Positions 18,255-26,165 of a stretch of 64,000 nucleotides of DNA are shown piece after piece. Both the position numbers and the translations under genes were made by a program. Origin of the DNA: an uncultured Acidimicrobiales bacterium (GTDB taxonomy: Bacteria > Actinomycetota > Acidimicrobiia > Acidimicrobiales > SZUA-35); contig CAVRSZ010000007.1 of assembly GCA_963723995.1 (NCBI GenBank), positions 557,580 to 621,579 on the forward strand. Direction: 5' to 3'. The notes under the pieces are model-generated. The model had not been told where the DNA came from, made no database searches, and saw only the letters and a list, made by a program, of their open reading frames with translations. The first letter of the stretch is position 1. Every line of letters starts with the position of its first letter.

Positions 18255-19763
18255 ATGGGCGTGTCGGATCACACGATCATACGGAAGCCGGCCTTCAGGG
18301 TGGGCATCCGGGCCAAACTGGCCACCGTCACGGTTCTGGTGCTGCTGGTGTCGATCGTGGCGGCGGTGGTGCCCGCGCCGACCGCTGCTGCTCCGGGAAA
18401 ACCGGTGGTGTACTTCACCTTCGATGACGGCCCGGACAGTTTCGTCACAGACCGGGTGCTCAACACCCTGAACCAATACGGGGCCAAGGCCACGTTCTTC
18501 GTGGTCGGCAGTCGCATCAACAGCTATCCCTCCGTCGCCCGCCGCATCGTGGCCGGCGGCCACGCCATCGCCAATCACTCCTACACCCATCCCACTCTCA
18601 CCGCCCTGACCGACGCCTCGGTGCTGAGCCAGTTCACGCGGACCAGTGCTGCTATCACCGACGCGACCGGGGTGGTACCGACCTGCTACCGGCCCCCTTA
18701 TGGGGCGGTCAACGCCCGGGTCCACAGCCTGGCCGTACAGGCCGGTTTGCCCAATGCCGGCTGGACTGCCGGTTACTCCAACAGCCACTGGGGACTGTGG
18801 GATATCGATACGAGGGACTGGGAGCTCGGTTTCAGCCGTACCTGGTACGAGCTCTCCAAGGTGTCGGCCGGTGACGTGGTGCTGATGCACACTCTCAAAT
18901 CGTTCTCGGCCGACATCTTTGCCCAGTGGATGGCCCAGAACGCGTACCGATTCGACTTCCAACCCCTCCCGGGGTGCAGAGCCGGGACCCAACCCCCGAC
19001 GCCCACGCCAACACCCACACCAACCCCCACACCCTCGCCGACAACCCGACCCACACTCCGACTGGGATCAACCGGACCCGCCGTCCTCGAACTCGAACAA
19101 CGCCTCACCCAACTCGGCTACAACCCCGGCACCCCCAACACCACCTTCGACACCACCACCCGCAGCGCCGTCATCGCCTTCCAAACCACCGCCCGCATCA
19201 GCCGCGACGGCATCGTCGGACCCATCACCTGGTCCAAACTCGACAACGCCACAACCACGCCCACGCCAACACCCACACCAACCCCAACCCCCTCACCGAC
19301 AACCCGACCCACACTCCGACTGGGATCAACCGGACCCGCCGTCCTCGAACTCGAACAACGCCTCACCCAACTCGGCTACAACCCCGGCACCCCCAACACC
19401 ACCTTCGACACCACCACCCGCAGCGCCGTCATCGCCTTCCAAACCACCGCCCGCATCAGCCGCGACGGCATCGTCGGACCCATCACCTGGTCCAAACTCG
19501 ACAACGCCACAACCACGCCCACGCCAACACCCACACCAACCCCCTCACCGACAACCCGACCCACACTCCGACTGGGATCAACCGGACCCGCCGTCCTCGA
19601 ACTCGAACAACGCCTCACCCAACTCGGCTACAACCCCGGCACCCCCAACACCACCTTCGACACCACCACCCGCAGCGCCGTCATCGCCTTCCAAACCACC
19701 GCCCGCATCAGCCGCGACGGCATCGTCGGACCCATCACCTGGTCCAAACTCGACAACGCCTGA
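18255..19763 (+). CDS. secreted polysaccharide deacetylase (NodB domain) with three C-terminal peptidoglycan-binding (PG_binding_1) repeats
   Basis: AAGGAG RBS before ATG 18255. Has an N-terminal TM/signal segment. NodB motifs are YFTFDDGPD and IANHSYTHP. Then comes 3x (TP-linker + LRLGSTGPAVLELEQRLTQLGYNPGTPNTTFDTTTRSAVIAFQTTARISRDGIVGPITWSKLDNA). Confidence 0.85.
   Translation: MGVSDHTIIRKPAFRVGIRAKLATVTVLVLLVSIVAAVVPAPTAAAPGKPVVYFTFDDGPDSFVTDRVLNTLNQYGAKATFFVVGSRINSYPSVARRIVAGGHAIANHSYTHPTLTALTDASVLSQFTRTSAAITDATGVVPTCYRPPYGAVNARVHSLAVQAGLPNAGWTAGYSNSHWGLWDIDTRDWELGFSRTWYELSKVSAGDVVLMHTLKSFSADIFAQWMAQNAYRFDFQPLPGCRAGTQPPTPTPTPTPTPTPSPTTRPTLRLGSTGPAVLELEQRLTQLGYNPGTPNTTFDTTTRSAVIAFQTTARISRDGIVGPITWSKLDNATTTPTPTPTPTPTPSPTTRPTLRLGSTGPAVLELEQRLTQLGYNPGTPNTTFDTTTRSAVIAFQTTARISRDGIVGPITWSKLDNATTTPTPTPTPTPSPTTRPTLRLGSTGPAVLELEQRLTQLGYNPGTPNTTFDTTTRSAVIAFQTTARISRDGIVGPITWSKLDNA
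18999..19763 (+). repeat. three tandem coding repeats (periods 258 and 252 bp), cores identical at DNA level
   Basis: The string CCGACAACCCGACCCACACTCCGACTGGGATCAACCGG recurs at 19038, 19296 and 19548. The ~210-bp cores read identically by eye, and only the TP-linker length differs. Confidence 0.9.
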
Positions 19764-19787
19764 CAGGACGAGCGCTCGGGCAGGGGC

Positions 19788-20822
19788 CTACACCAGGGGA
19801 CGCGTCCCTTCGTGTGTGAGCGGCCTGATCATCAGGTCCCTGGCAACATCGGCGACCGGTTTGTCCTCGTAGAGCACGGCATACACCTGGTCGCAGATGG
19901 GCATCTCGATACCAACGGACTCCGAGAGCTGCTTCACGGCCTTGGTCGTCTTCACTCCCTCGGCCACCATGTTCATCTCGGCTTGGATGTCGTGCAGGGA
20001 ACGGCCGCGGCCCAACTCGACACCGACGGTGCGATTCCGGGAGAGCCCCCCGGTGCATGTCAAGATGAGGTCACCCATGCCCGACAGACCGGCGAAGGTG
20101 AACGGGTCACCCCCGAGGGCGACACCGAGACGCGAAATCTCGGCCAGACCTCGCGTCATGAGGGCGGCCATGGTGTTGTGACCATAGCGGAGGCCTTCCA
20201 CGACTCCGGCCGCCAGCGCAATGACGTTCTTCAGCGCTCCCCCCAATTCCGCCCCGGTGACATCGGGGCTCGTGTACACGCGAAACACCTCGGAGGAGAA
20301 CAACTCCTGGACGAGTCGGGTGCGGTCCACATCGGCGCCGGCGGCGACCACGGCGGTGGGGTGGCGGGCTGCGACCTCCCTGGCGAACGACGGGCCGGAC
20401 AGGGCCACGATACGACTCGCTGCTCCTTCGCCGAGCACGTCGGCGAGGATCGCGGACGGCGTCGCCAGCGTGTCGATCTCGATGCCCTTCGAGACCGTGA
20501 CGACCAAGGCCTCAGCCGGCACCACGTCGGCCACGCCCGACCAGACCGCCCGCACATGCTGGGTCGGGACCGAACTAACGATCACTTCGGCTTCCCGAAT
20601 CGCACGCCTCAAGTCGCCCGTCGCCGACAGCGAGTCATCCAATGTGACATCCGGCAGAAAGATAGGGTTCTCCCGTTCGGTGTTGACGCCCTCGACCACC
20701 TCGGGCTCTCGAGCCCAGATCGTCGTCGGCTCACCCTTGGCCGCCAGATGGTTCGCCAGGGCCGTTCCCCACGAACCGCCTCCGACGACCACCGTCGGCT
20801 TTGCACGTTCCATGGTGGTCAA
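19788..20822 (-). CDS. gpsA: NAD(P)H-dependent glycerol-3-phosphate dehydrogenase
   Basis: 344 aa. VVVGGGSWGTALANHLA, ENPIFLPDV, GALKNVIALAAG and NMVAEGVKT are canonical GpsA blocks. Confidence 0.9.
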   Translation of the reverse strand: MTTMERAKPTVVVGGGSWGTALANHLAAKGEPTTIWAREPEVVEGVNTERENPIFLPDVTLDDSLSATGDLRRAIREAEVIVSSVPTQHVRAVWSGVADVVPAEALVVTVSKGIEIDTLATPSAILADVLGEGAASRIVALSGPSFAREVAARHPTAVVAAGADVDRTRLVQELFSSEVFRVYTSPDVTGAELGGALKNVIALAAGVVEGLRYGHNTMAALMTRGLAEISRLGVALGGDPFTFAGLSGMGDLILTCTGGLSRNRTVGVELGRGRSLHDIQAEMNMVAEGVKTTKAVKQLSESVGIEMPICDQVYAVLYEDKPVADVARDLMIRPLTHEGTRPLV

Positions 20823-20973
20823 TCCTACCTGCGGGCGATTCCGCCGCAGGAATCACGATCGACCCAGCGTGGCGGAATCCAGCCGGGGGCCGACTTTCAC
20901 CGGCCGCGTTCGACGTCCAGCGACCGGTCCGCGCCGCACGGCCGATTATCGTCGTCGGCCGTCCATGGGCCCG

Positions 20974-21699
20974 TCAGGCCGGTCTTCGCTTGGCCAGCAC
21001 GTACGTCAACGCGCTGAGCGCGACCAGCATCTCCGCTGCCTCGTCGAGGTGGTTCACCACCTCGTCGAGCCTTGCGCTGGGAATGGCGAACTCATGGAAC
21101 AAGTCCAGTCCCGAGTGACCGGCGATTACGACGAACCATGGCCAGATCCACGCCGGTGGGCGTACCTCGTCGGGTATGAGATTGGCGAGGCCGAGCGCGA
21201 TCCCGATGAGCCCGCCGATGGCAAAGGTAAGCGGATAGACCTCGAGGAAGGACACCCCCTTGAAGTCGTAGTTGTGGAGAGTCAGCTCGTCTTGGGTGTT
21301 GCGTTCGCGCCACGCCTCGGGCGTGGGGAAGCCGAAGAATTGCTGGCCCCAGGAGATCTCCTCCATGGCCAGGAAAAACATGGCAGCACCGAAGAGGACG
21401 TAGAATCCACGAGCCAGGCCGGTCGTTATGTGGGCCTGGCGGAGCAGGCCGAACGAGACGATCGCAGCTGCCATCGCCGCCAAGAACGAAGCAAGCTCGA
21501 TGGGATGGTTCTCTTCCAGCAACCATATGGCAACGGGCTCCGTCACGTCGACGAGCAGCAGCATGCTCAGAACGCCCATCACAACGATTGGCACCAGGTT
21601 CGAGCGGTGCTCCATGATCGAACCATCCGCACCTAGGTCGATTTCCACAGTAATCAAGGCTAACAACCCCAGCCACGGCCGTTGGCCGTGCCAAGGCAT
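20974..21699 (-). CDS. hypothetical integral membrane protein
   Basis: Polytopic ORF (LVPIVVMGVLSMLLLV, LASFLAAMAAAIVSFGLL, FYVLFGAAMFFLAMEEISWGQQFFG, LTFAIGGLIGIALGL). Start is uncertain (ATG 21699 or 21615). An AT-richer promoter-like stretch lies upstream. Confidence 0.5.
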   Translation of the reverse strand: MPWHGQRPWLGLLALITVEIDLGADGSIMEHRSNLVPIVVMGVLSMLLLVDVTEPVAIWLLEENHPIELASFLAAMAAAIVSFGLLRQAHITTGLARGFYVLFGAAMFFLAMEEISWGQQFFGFPTPEAWRERNTQDELTLHNYDFKGVSFLEVYPLTFAIGGLIGIALGLANLIPDEVRPPAWIWPWFVVIAGHSGLDLFHEFAIPSARLDEVVNHLDEAAEMLVALSALTYVLAKRRPA

Positions 21700-21863
21700 A
21701 TAGGTACAAGATCTTAGGTGCTTGTTGATGACAATACTTTGAGGACCATGCTCCCGAGATCCGGGCTTCGGCCTGTCGTCTCGTATCGACGAGACAACGC
21801 GGATACCGACGCTGGTCGGCTCCACGACATCCTCGCCGAGACCCCCGCGTTAGCCTCCGCAGC

Positions 21864-23129
21864 ATGGATCCATTCGAGAATCTGACCACCGATCATCCCA
21901 CGTTTGTCACCCATCTCGAGTGCAGCGCGACCGGCGAGCACTACGAGGCCGGCCGGCTCCACGGTCTCTCGAACGCCGGCAAGCCTCTCCTCGTACGCTA
22001 CGATCTCGACGCCATCTCCGCCGCCATCGACAAGCAGACCCTGGCGGCGCGCCCGCCCGACATGTGGCGCTACCGCGAGTTCCTGCCGGTTCGGGCCGCC
22101 GAACACATCGTCTCACTCGGGGAGACCATGACCCCGCTCATCCACCTTCCGTCCGAGGAGGCCCGTCTCGGGACGTCATTCATCGTCGTCAAGGACGAAT
22201 CGCGGCTTCCCACCTCCTCGTTCAAGGCCAGGGGGCTCGGAATGGGGGTCACGATGGCCCATGAACTCGACGTCAAGCGGGTGGCGATGCCGACAAACGG
22301 CAATGCCGGAGCGGCCCTGGCGGCCTATGGCAGCCGCGTCGGCATGGAGGTCTACGTGTTCTGTCCGGCCGACACGCCGGAAGTGAACGTGCGAGAGATC
22401 GCAATGCTCGGTGCACGGGTATGGCGGGTCAACGGTCTGATCAACGATTGCGGGAAGATCGTCGCCGCCGGCAAGGACGAGATGGGGTGGTTCGATTTCT
22501 CCACCCTCAAGGAGCCCTATCGCATCGAAGGCAAGAAGACGATGGGGCTCGAGCTCGCCGAGCAGATGAACTGGGATCTTCCCGACGTGATCTTCTATCC
22601 CACCGGCGGTGGTACCGGCATCATCGGTATGTGGAAAGCGTTCAACGAGCTCGAGGCCATCGGCTGGATCACCAAGAAGCCCCGACTCGTCGCCGTGCAG
22701 TCGGAGGGGTGTGCCCCGATCGTCAAGGCCTATCAGGAAGGCAAGAACCATGCCGAGCTGTGGAAGGACGCCGCCACCGTCGCAGCCGGTATTCGCGTCC
22801 CGGCCGCGATCGGAGATTTCCTGATTCTCGAAGCCGTGCGCAACAGTGGCGGCTTCGCCATCGCCGTGTCCGAGTCCGCCATCAAGCGGGCCCAGGCCAC
22901 CGCCGCGGCCCGCGATGGGGTCATGACGAGCCCGGAAGGTGCTGCCACGCTGGCCGGCTTGGAGCGGGCATTGGAAGAAGGCCTCGTCGACCGGAACGAG
23001 CGCATGCTCCTGTTCAACTGTGGCCATGGGCTCAAATACCCGATGCCCCCGTCAGACCAGGCGCTGGATCACACCGCTCCGATCGATTTTACCGCCCTGG
23101 CCGCGGAGGCTCCTCCATCGGATCTCTGA
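21864..23129 (+). CDS. threonine synthase-family PLP-dependent enzyme
   Basis: 421 aa. The PLP-lysine motif is TSSFKARG, with PTNGNAGAALAAYG, YPTGGGTGIIGMWKAF and EGCAPIV. The layout matches ThrC-like fold-type II enzymes. Confidence 0.75.
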   Translation: MDPFENLTTDHPTFVTHLECSATGEHYEAGRLHGLSNAGKPLLVRYDLDAISAAIDKQTLAARPPDMWRYREFLPVRAAEHIVSLGETMTPLIHLPSEEARLGTSFIVVKDESRLPTSSFKARGLGMGVTMAHELDVKRVAMPTNGNAGAALAAYGSRVGMEVYVFCPADTPEVNVREIAMLGARVWRVNGLINDCGKIVAAGKDEMGWFDFSTLKEPYRIEGKKTMGLELAEQMNWDLPDVIFYPTGGGTGIIGMWKAFNELEAIGWITKKPRLVAVQSEGCAPIVKAYQEGKNHAELWKDAATVAAGIRVPAAIGDFLILEAVRNSGGFAIAVSESAIKRAQATAAARDGVMTSPEGAATLAGLERALEEGLVDRNERMLLFNCGHGLKYPMPPSDQALDHTAPIDFTALAAEAPPSDL

Positions 23130-23399
23130 TACCCGACATCCTCATCACCGAATTCATGGATGACAGGGCGGTGGCCGGCCTGACCCGGGATCTGGATGTG
23201 CGGAGACCGACTGGAATTCCGACCCCTGCTAGAGTCGTCCGATGTGGTCAGCTTGCACGTGCCGTTGATCGACTCGGCCCGCCATCTCATCGATGCCGAT
23301 GCGGTAGACGCGCTACCCGACCATGCAATCCTTCTCAACACCTCCCGGGGTGATATCACGGCCGCGAGCATGCGGGCCGCTCTGGCCGGAGCGCCGTGA
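23130..23399 (+). pseudogene. relic of a D-isomer-specific 2-hydroxyacid dehydrogenase
   Basis: Two frames carry IPDILITEFMDDRAVAGLTRDLDV (N-terminus) and LEFRPLLESSDVVSLHVPLIDSARHLIDADAVDALPDHAILLNTSRGDI (NAD-domain end). About 230 aa of a normal enzyme are missing. Confidence 0.6.
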
Positions 23400-24292
23400 C
23401 CACCGTCGTCTGCATCGGGATCGCCGTGCTCGACTACGTGTTTCAGGTGGACGAGTTTCCCGCCGGCGAGGGGAAGTTCTATGCCCGAGGCTACCGGGAG
23501 ATAGGCGGCGGGGTGGCTGCCAACGCCGCCGCCGCCGTCGCCAAGCTGGGCGGGAGCGCCCGGTATGTCGGCCGGGTTGGAGCGGACCGGGCCGGTGAGC
23601 GCATCACGGCCGATCTTGCCGCGTTGGGTGTGGACGTGTCAGCCGTGGAGTCCATCGACGGGGTGGCGTCACCGGTGTCGGCGATACTGGTGGATACCGC
23701 AGGCGAACGGATCATCGTCAACCACACTCCCCCGGACTTGTTTGCCGGTGGATCGGTTGATCGGGCCGCTCGGATCGCCGGTGCCGACGCAATACTCGTC
23801 GACGTGCGGTGGCCGACCGGGGCTGCTACGGCCCTGGCGGCGGCGCAGGCGGCCGACATCCCCTCCGTGTTCGACTTCGACCGCCCGATGGAGGATGGAG
23901 GGCAGGAACTCGTTGGGCTCGCCAGCCATGTCGTGTTCTCCCAGGGTGCTCTGGCGGCGACGGCTGGAACCGCCGATGTCGTTGTCGGACTCTCACGAAT
24001 CCGGGAGCGCTCGCCGGCCTGGCCGGCGGTCACCACCGGCGCCGACGGGGTGTGGTGGCTGGATGATGACGGGACACACCACCGGGATGCCTTCCCGGTC
24101 GACGTCGTCGACACGGTCGGGGCCGGTGACGTGTTTCACGGTGCCTTCGCCCTTGCTCTGGGAGAGGGGCGTTCGGAGCACGAAGCGGTCGAGTTTGCGG
24201 CCGCGGCGGCGGCCATCAAGTGCTCCCGACCGGGAGGGCGGGACGGGACGCCGAACCGGGACGATGTGGAACGCCTCCTCGGAGCACACTGA
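23396..24292 (+). CDS. PfkB-family carbohydrate kinase (ribokinase-like)
   Basis: 298 aa. VVCIGIAVLDYVF, GGGVAANAAAAVAKLGG and the C-terminal DTVGAGDVFHGAFALAL signature are present. Confidence 0.8.
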   Translation: MTTVVCIGIAVLDYVFQVDEFPAGEGKFYARGYREIGGGVAANAAAAVAKLGGSARYVGRVGADRAGERITADLAALGVDVSAVESIDGVASPVSAILVDTAGERIIVNHTPPDLFAGGSVDRAARIAGADAILVDVRWPTGAATALAAAQAADIPSVFDFDRPMEDGGQELVGLASHVVFSQGALAATAGTADVVVGLSRIRERSPAWPAVTTGADGVWWLDDDGTHHRDAFPVDVVDTVGAGDVFHGAFALALGEGRSEHEAVEFAAAAAAIKCSRPGGRDGTPNRDDVERLLGAH

Positions 24293-24515
24293 CGCAAGAA
24301 GGATTTGGAGATCCTCGATGAGCCTTGGAGTGATGGCGCTCGCCTACCCAAGCACCAGTACGGGCTCGTGTACGGGAGGGCATGAGGAGGAGCTGCTGGC
24401 CCTTGCCGCCCACTCGAGCCTCCCGGTCGTCAGTCCGACCTAGCCGGAGATGAATCTGCGTCGTTGTTCACCGTATGAGCATCATGGTGTCCGCCGCCGT
24501 CTGACGAGCTTCAGC

Positions 24516-25028
24516 TCAGGAGAACAGGTCGGTGATCAGCTCGGTTCGATCGATGTTGCCGACGTGGGTGACCCATTCGTCCTGCAGCTTGTAGAGCACG
24601 ACGAACACCCAGATTCCGACGCGATGCCGACTGTAGATCTCGGCGACCCGCTCGGGTCGAAAGTGTCGGATCGTGGCATAGATCAGGAACAACGGCTCCA
24701 GGAAATTGGGGAAGAAGAAGAACACGATCTCAGCGCTGCTGATGAAGAACAGCAGCTGTCCGACAGTGCGGAAAAGGAAGAGCACGATCACCGTGCGTCT
24801 GATTTTCCAGTTCCGGGCGGCGACAACCATGCCCACGTAGGTGAACCAGTCGGCGGCCTTGTCGATCAGCTGGTAGGGCTCGTCATCGAGGCCCAGCGGG
24901 ATGAGCAGGTCGCCGTCAACGGTGTCGAGTACGAAGTTCGCCCATCCTGCGGCGAATGGGAACGGCACGATCAACACCGGAACGATGAACTTCGCCGCGA
25001 TAATGACGGCGATCGCGATCCATTTCAT
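24516..25028 (-). CDS. hypothetical integral membrane protein
   Basis: 170 aa with 4-5 hydrophobic helices. Codon usage is visibly less GC-biased than in its neighbours. Confidence 0.45.
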   Translation of the reverse strand: MKWIAIAVIIAAKFIVPVLIVPFPFAAGWANFVLDTVDGDLLIPLGLDDEPYQLIDKAADWFTYVGMVVAARNWKIRRTVIVLFLFRTVGQLLFFISSAEIVFFFFPNFLEPLFLIYATIRHFRPERVAEIYSRHRVGIWVFVVLYKLQDEWVTHVGNIDRTELITDLFS

Positions 25029-25552
25029 GGCCTACCTCGCACCATCAAGATGACTTCGATACTAGGCAGTCGGCGGGTCAATGGGTGTATTGAGCATGCA
25101 TCACTGATCGGAAACGGTTCGCTCCACGCCTGGGGGTGATGGATGCTCCACGATGCCTGCGTCGACTACTTCGACCGCGATCTGGAACCAGGCCCGTCAC
25201 GTCCACTCAAACCTGCGATCGTTCCCGGTATCCCCCGGAGGACCCGTACCGCCAAATCGGCCGATTTCGTTCTCCTGCTCGGTCCGATCGTCCCCGTGCG
25301 ATCCATTGTGGGAGTTGCGCTGGACGTCGGGTACTGCGGTCGTGATCGACGAGATCGTCCGGTTCGAAGGTCCGTCCGATCCGGGCGACGAGACGATCCC
25401 GGACACCTTCACCAGTCGATGCGGGACAAGACGCAACCTATGGCCCGGGACAGGCCCCACTAAAGGGAGAGCCCGCCACAATCCGACCGGCGCCGGTCGA
25501 CAACGTTTCGGCAAAGCCGAGACTCTGCTGCGCCGCCCCAGGCGGCAAAACG

Positions 25553-25595
25553 TGGACTGTACTGAACTTGAACCTGTGACCTCACGCGTGTGAGG
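25553..25595 (-). repeat. 43-nt copy of the 3-prime half of tRNA-Val(CAC) (att-like, distal)
   Basis: TGGACTGTACTGAACTTGAACCTGTGACCTCACGCGTGTGAGG matches 41462-41504 at 39/43. It covers the discriminator through the anticodon loop only, and no 5-prime half is present. Confidence 0.75.
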
Positions 25596-26165
25596 GCTCA
25601 GACCCTGCTCGAGCGTGCGAAATCGGCAGGAGTACCGCCGCTCGATCGGCAACCGACCACTCGTATCCCCGGGACTCGCCCACGAAGCATCGACCTGAGT
25701 GTTCGAGACCCAACGGCGAAGGCCCCCGGGCGTCGGTCAATACGTCGACAGCCGAGGACCCCGATGCCCGAGCCGATCGCACACGAACCTCCCGGAACGC
25801 TATGCCGCCTCTCGAACTGGTGGCAGCCCGGTCGAGCCACTGGCGAGGGCTTTCCACGGAGCGTCCATCCCGGTCGAGTTCGACGAGAGATGCAGTCAGG
25901 TCCCGAACTGCGGCAAGCCATCATCATCAACGCCCCAGCCCGTGCTTGGCCGGCTGGGAGCGAGAACGCGGCATCAGTCAGGGCCGCACGCCGCCAGCCT
26001 GATGATTCCCCAAGCCGATTAGGTCATCGGGGCTATGCAACCTTCGAGTCGCCGTGTCGACATACCGGGAGTATCGGTTGGCCAAGCATCCAAGGCCACT
26101 GACAAGGAACCGGACGGCGCAGACCATCAGACCGTGCGTTGTGGGACCGATGAGACGAGGACACC

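Noticed and set aside
18999-19763. Possible CRISPR array (also considered for 28800-29084)
   Set aside because: The repeats are contiguous with no unique spacers, have periods of 252-258 bp and 30 bp, and lie inside well-supported ORFs. No cas genes are present.
18919-19872. Two ~300-aa Pro/His/Thr-rich ORFs
   Set aside because: They are alternative frames of the triple PG-binding repeat. The frame with NodB and PG_binding motifs is the real one.
19812-21636. 401-aa and 471-aa ORFs on the plus strand
   Set aside because: They are antisense or out of frame relative to gpsA and the membrane-protein gene. They have shadow-ORF composition and no recognisable domains.
25029-25494. Possible small gene (ORFs 25143-25463 and 25153-25593) between the membrane protein and the distal tRNA fragment
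   Set aside because: The frames are overlapping and mutually exclusive, with no start context or motif. One of them simply reads through the tRNA-like fragment.
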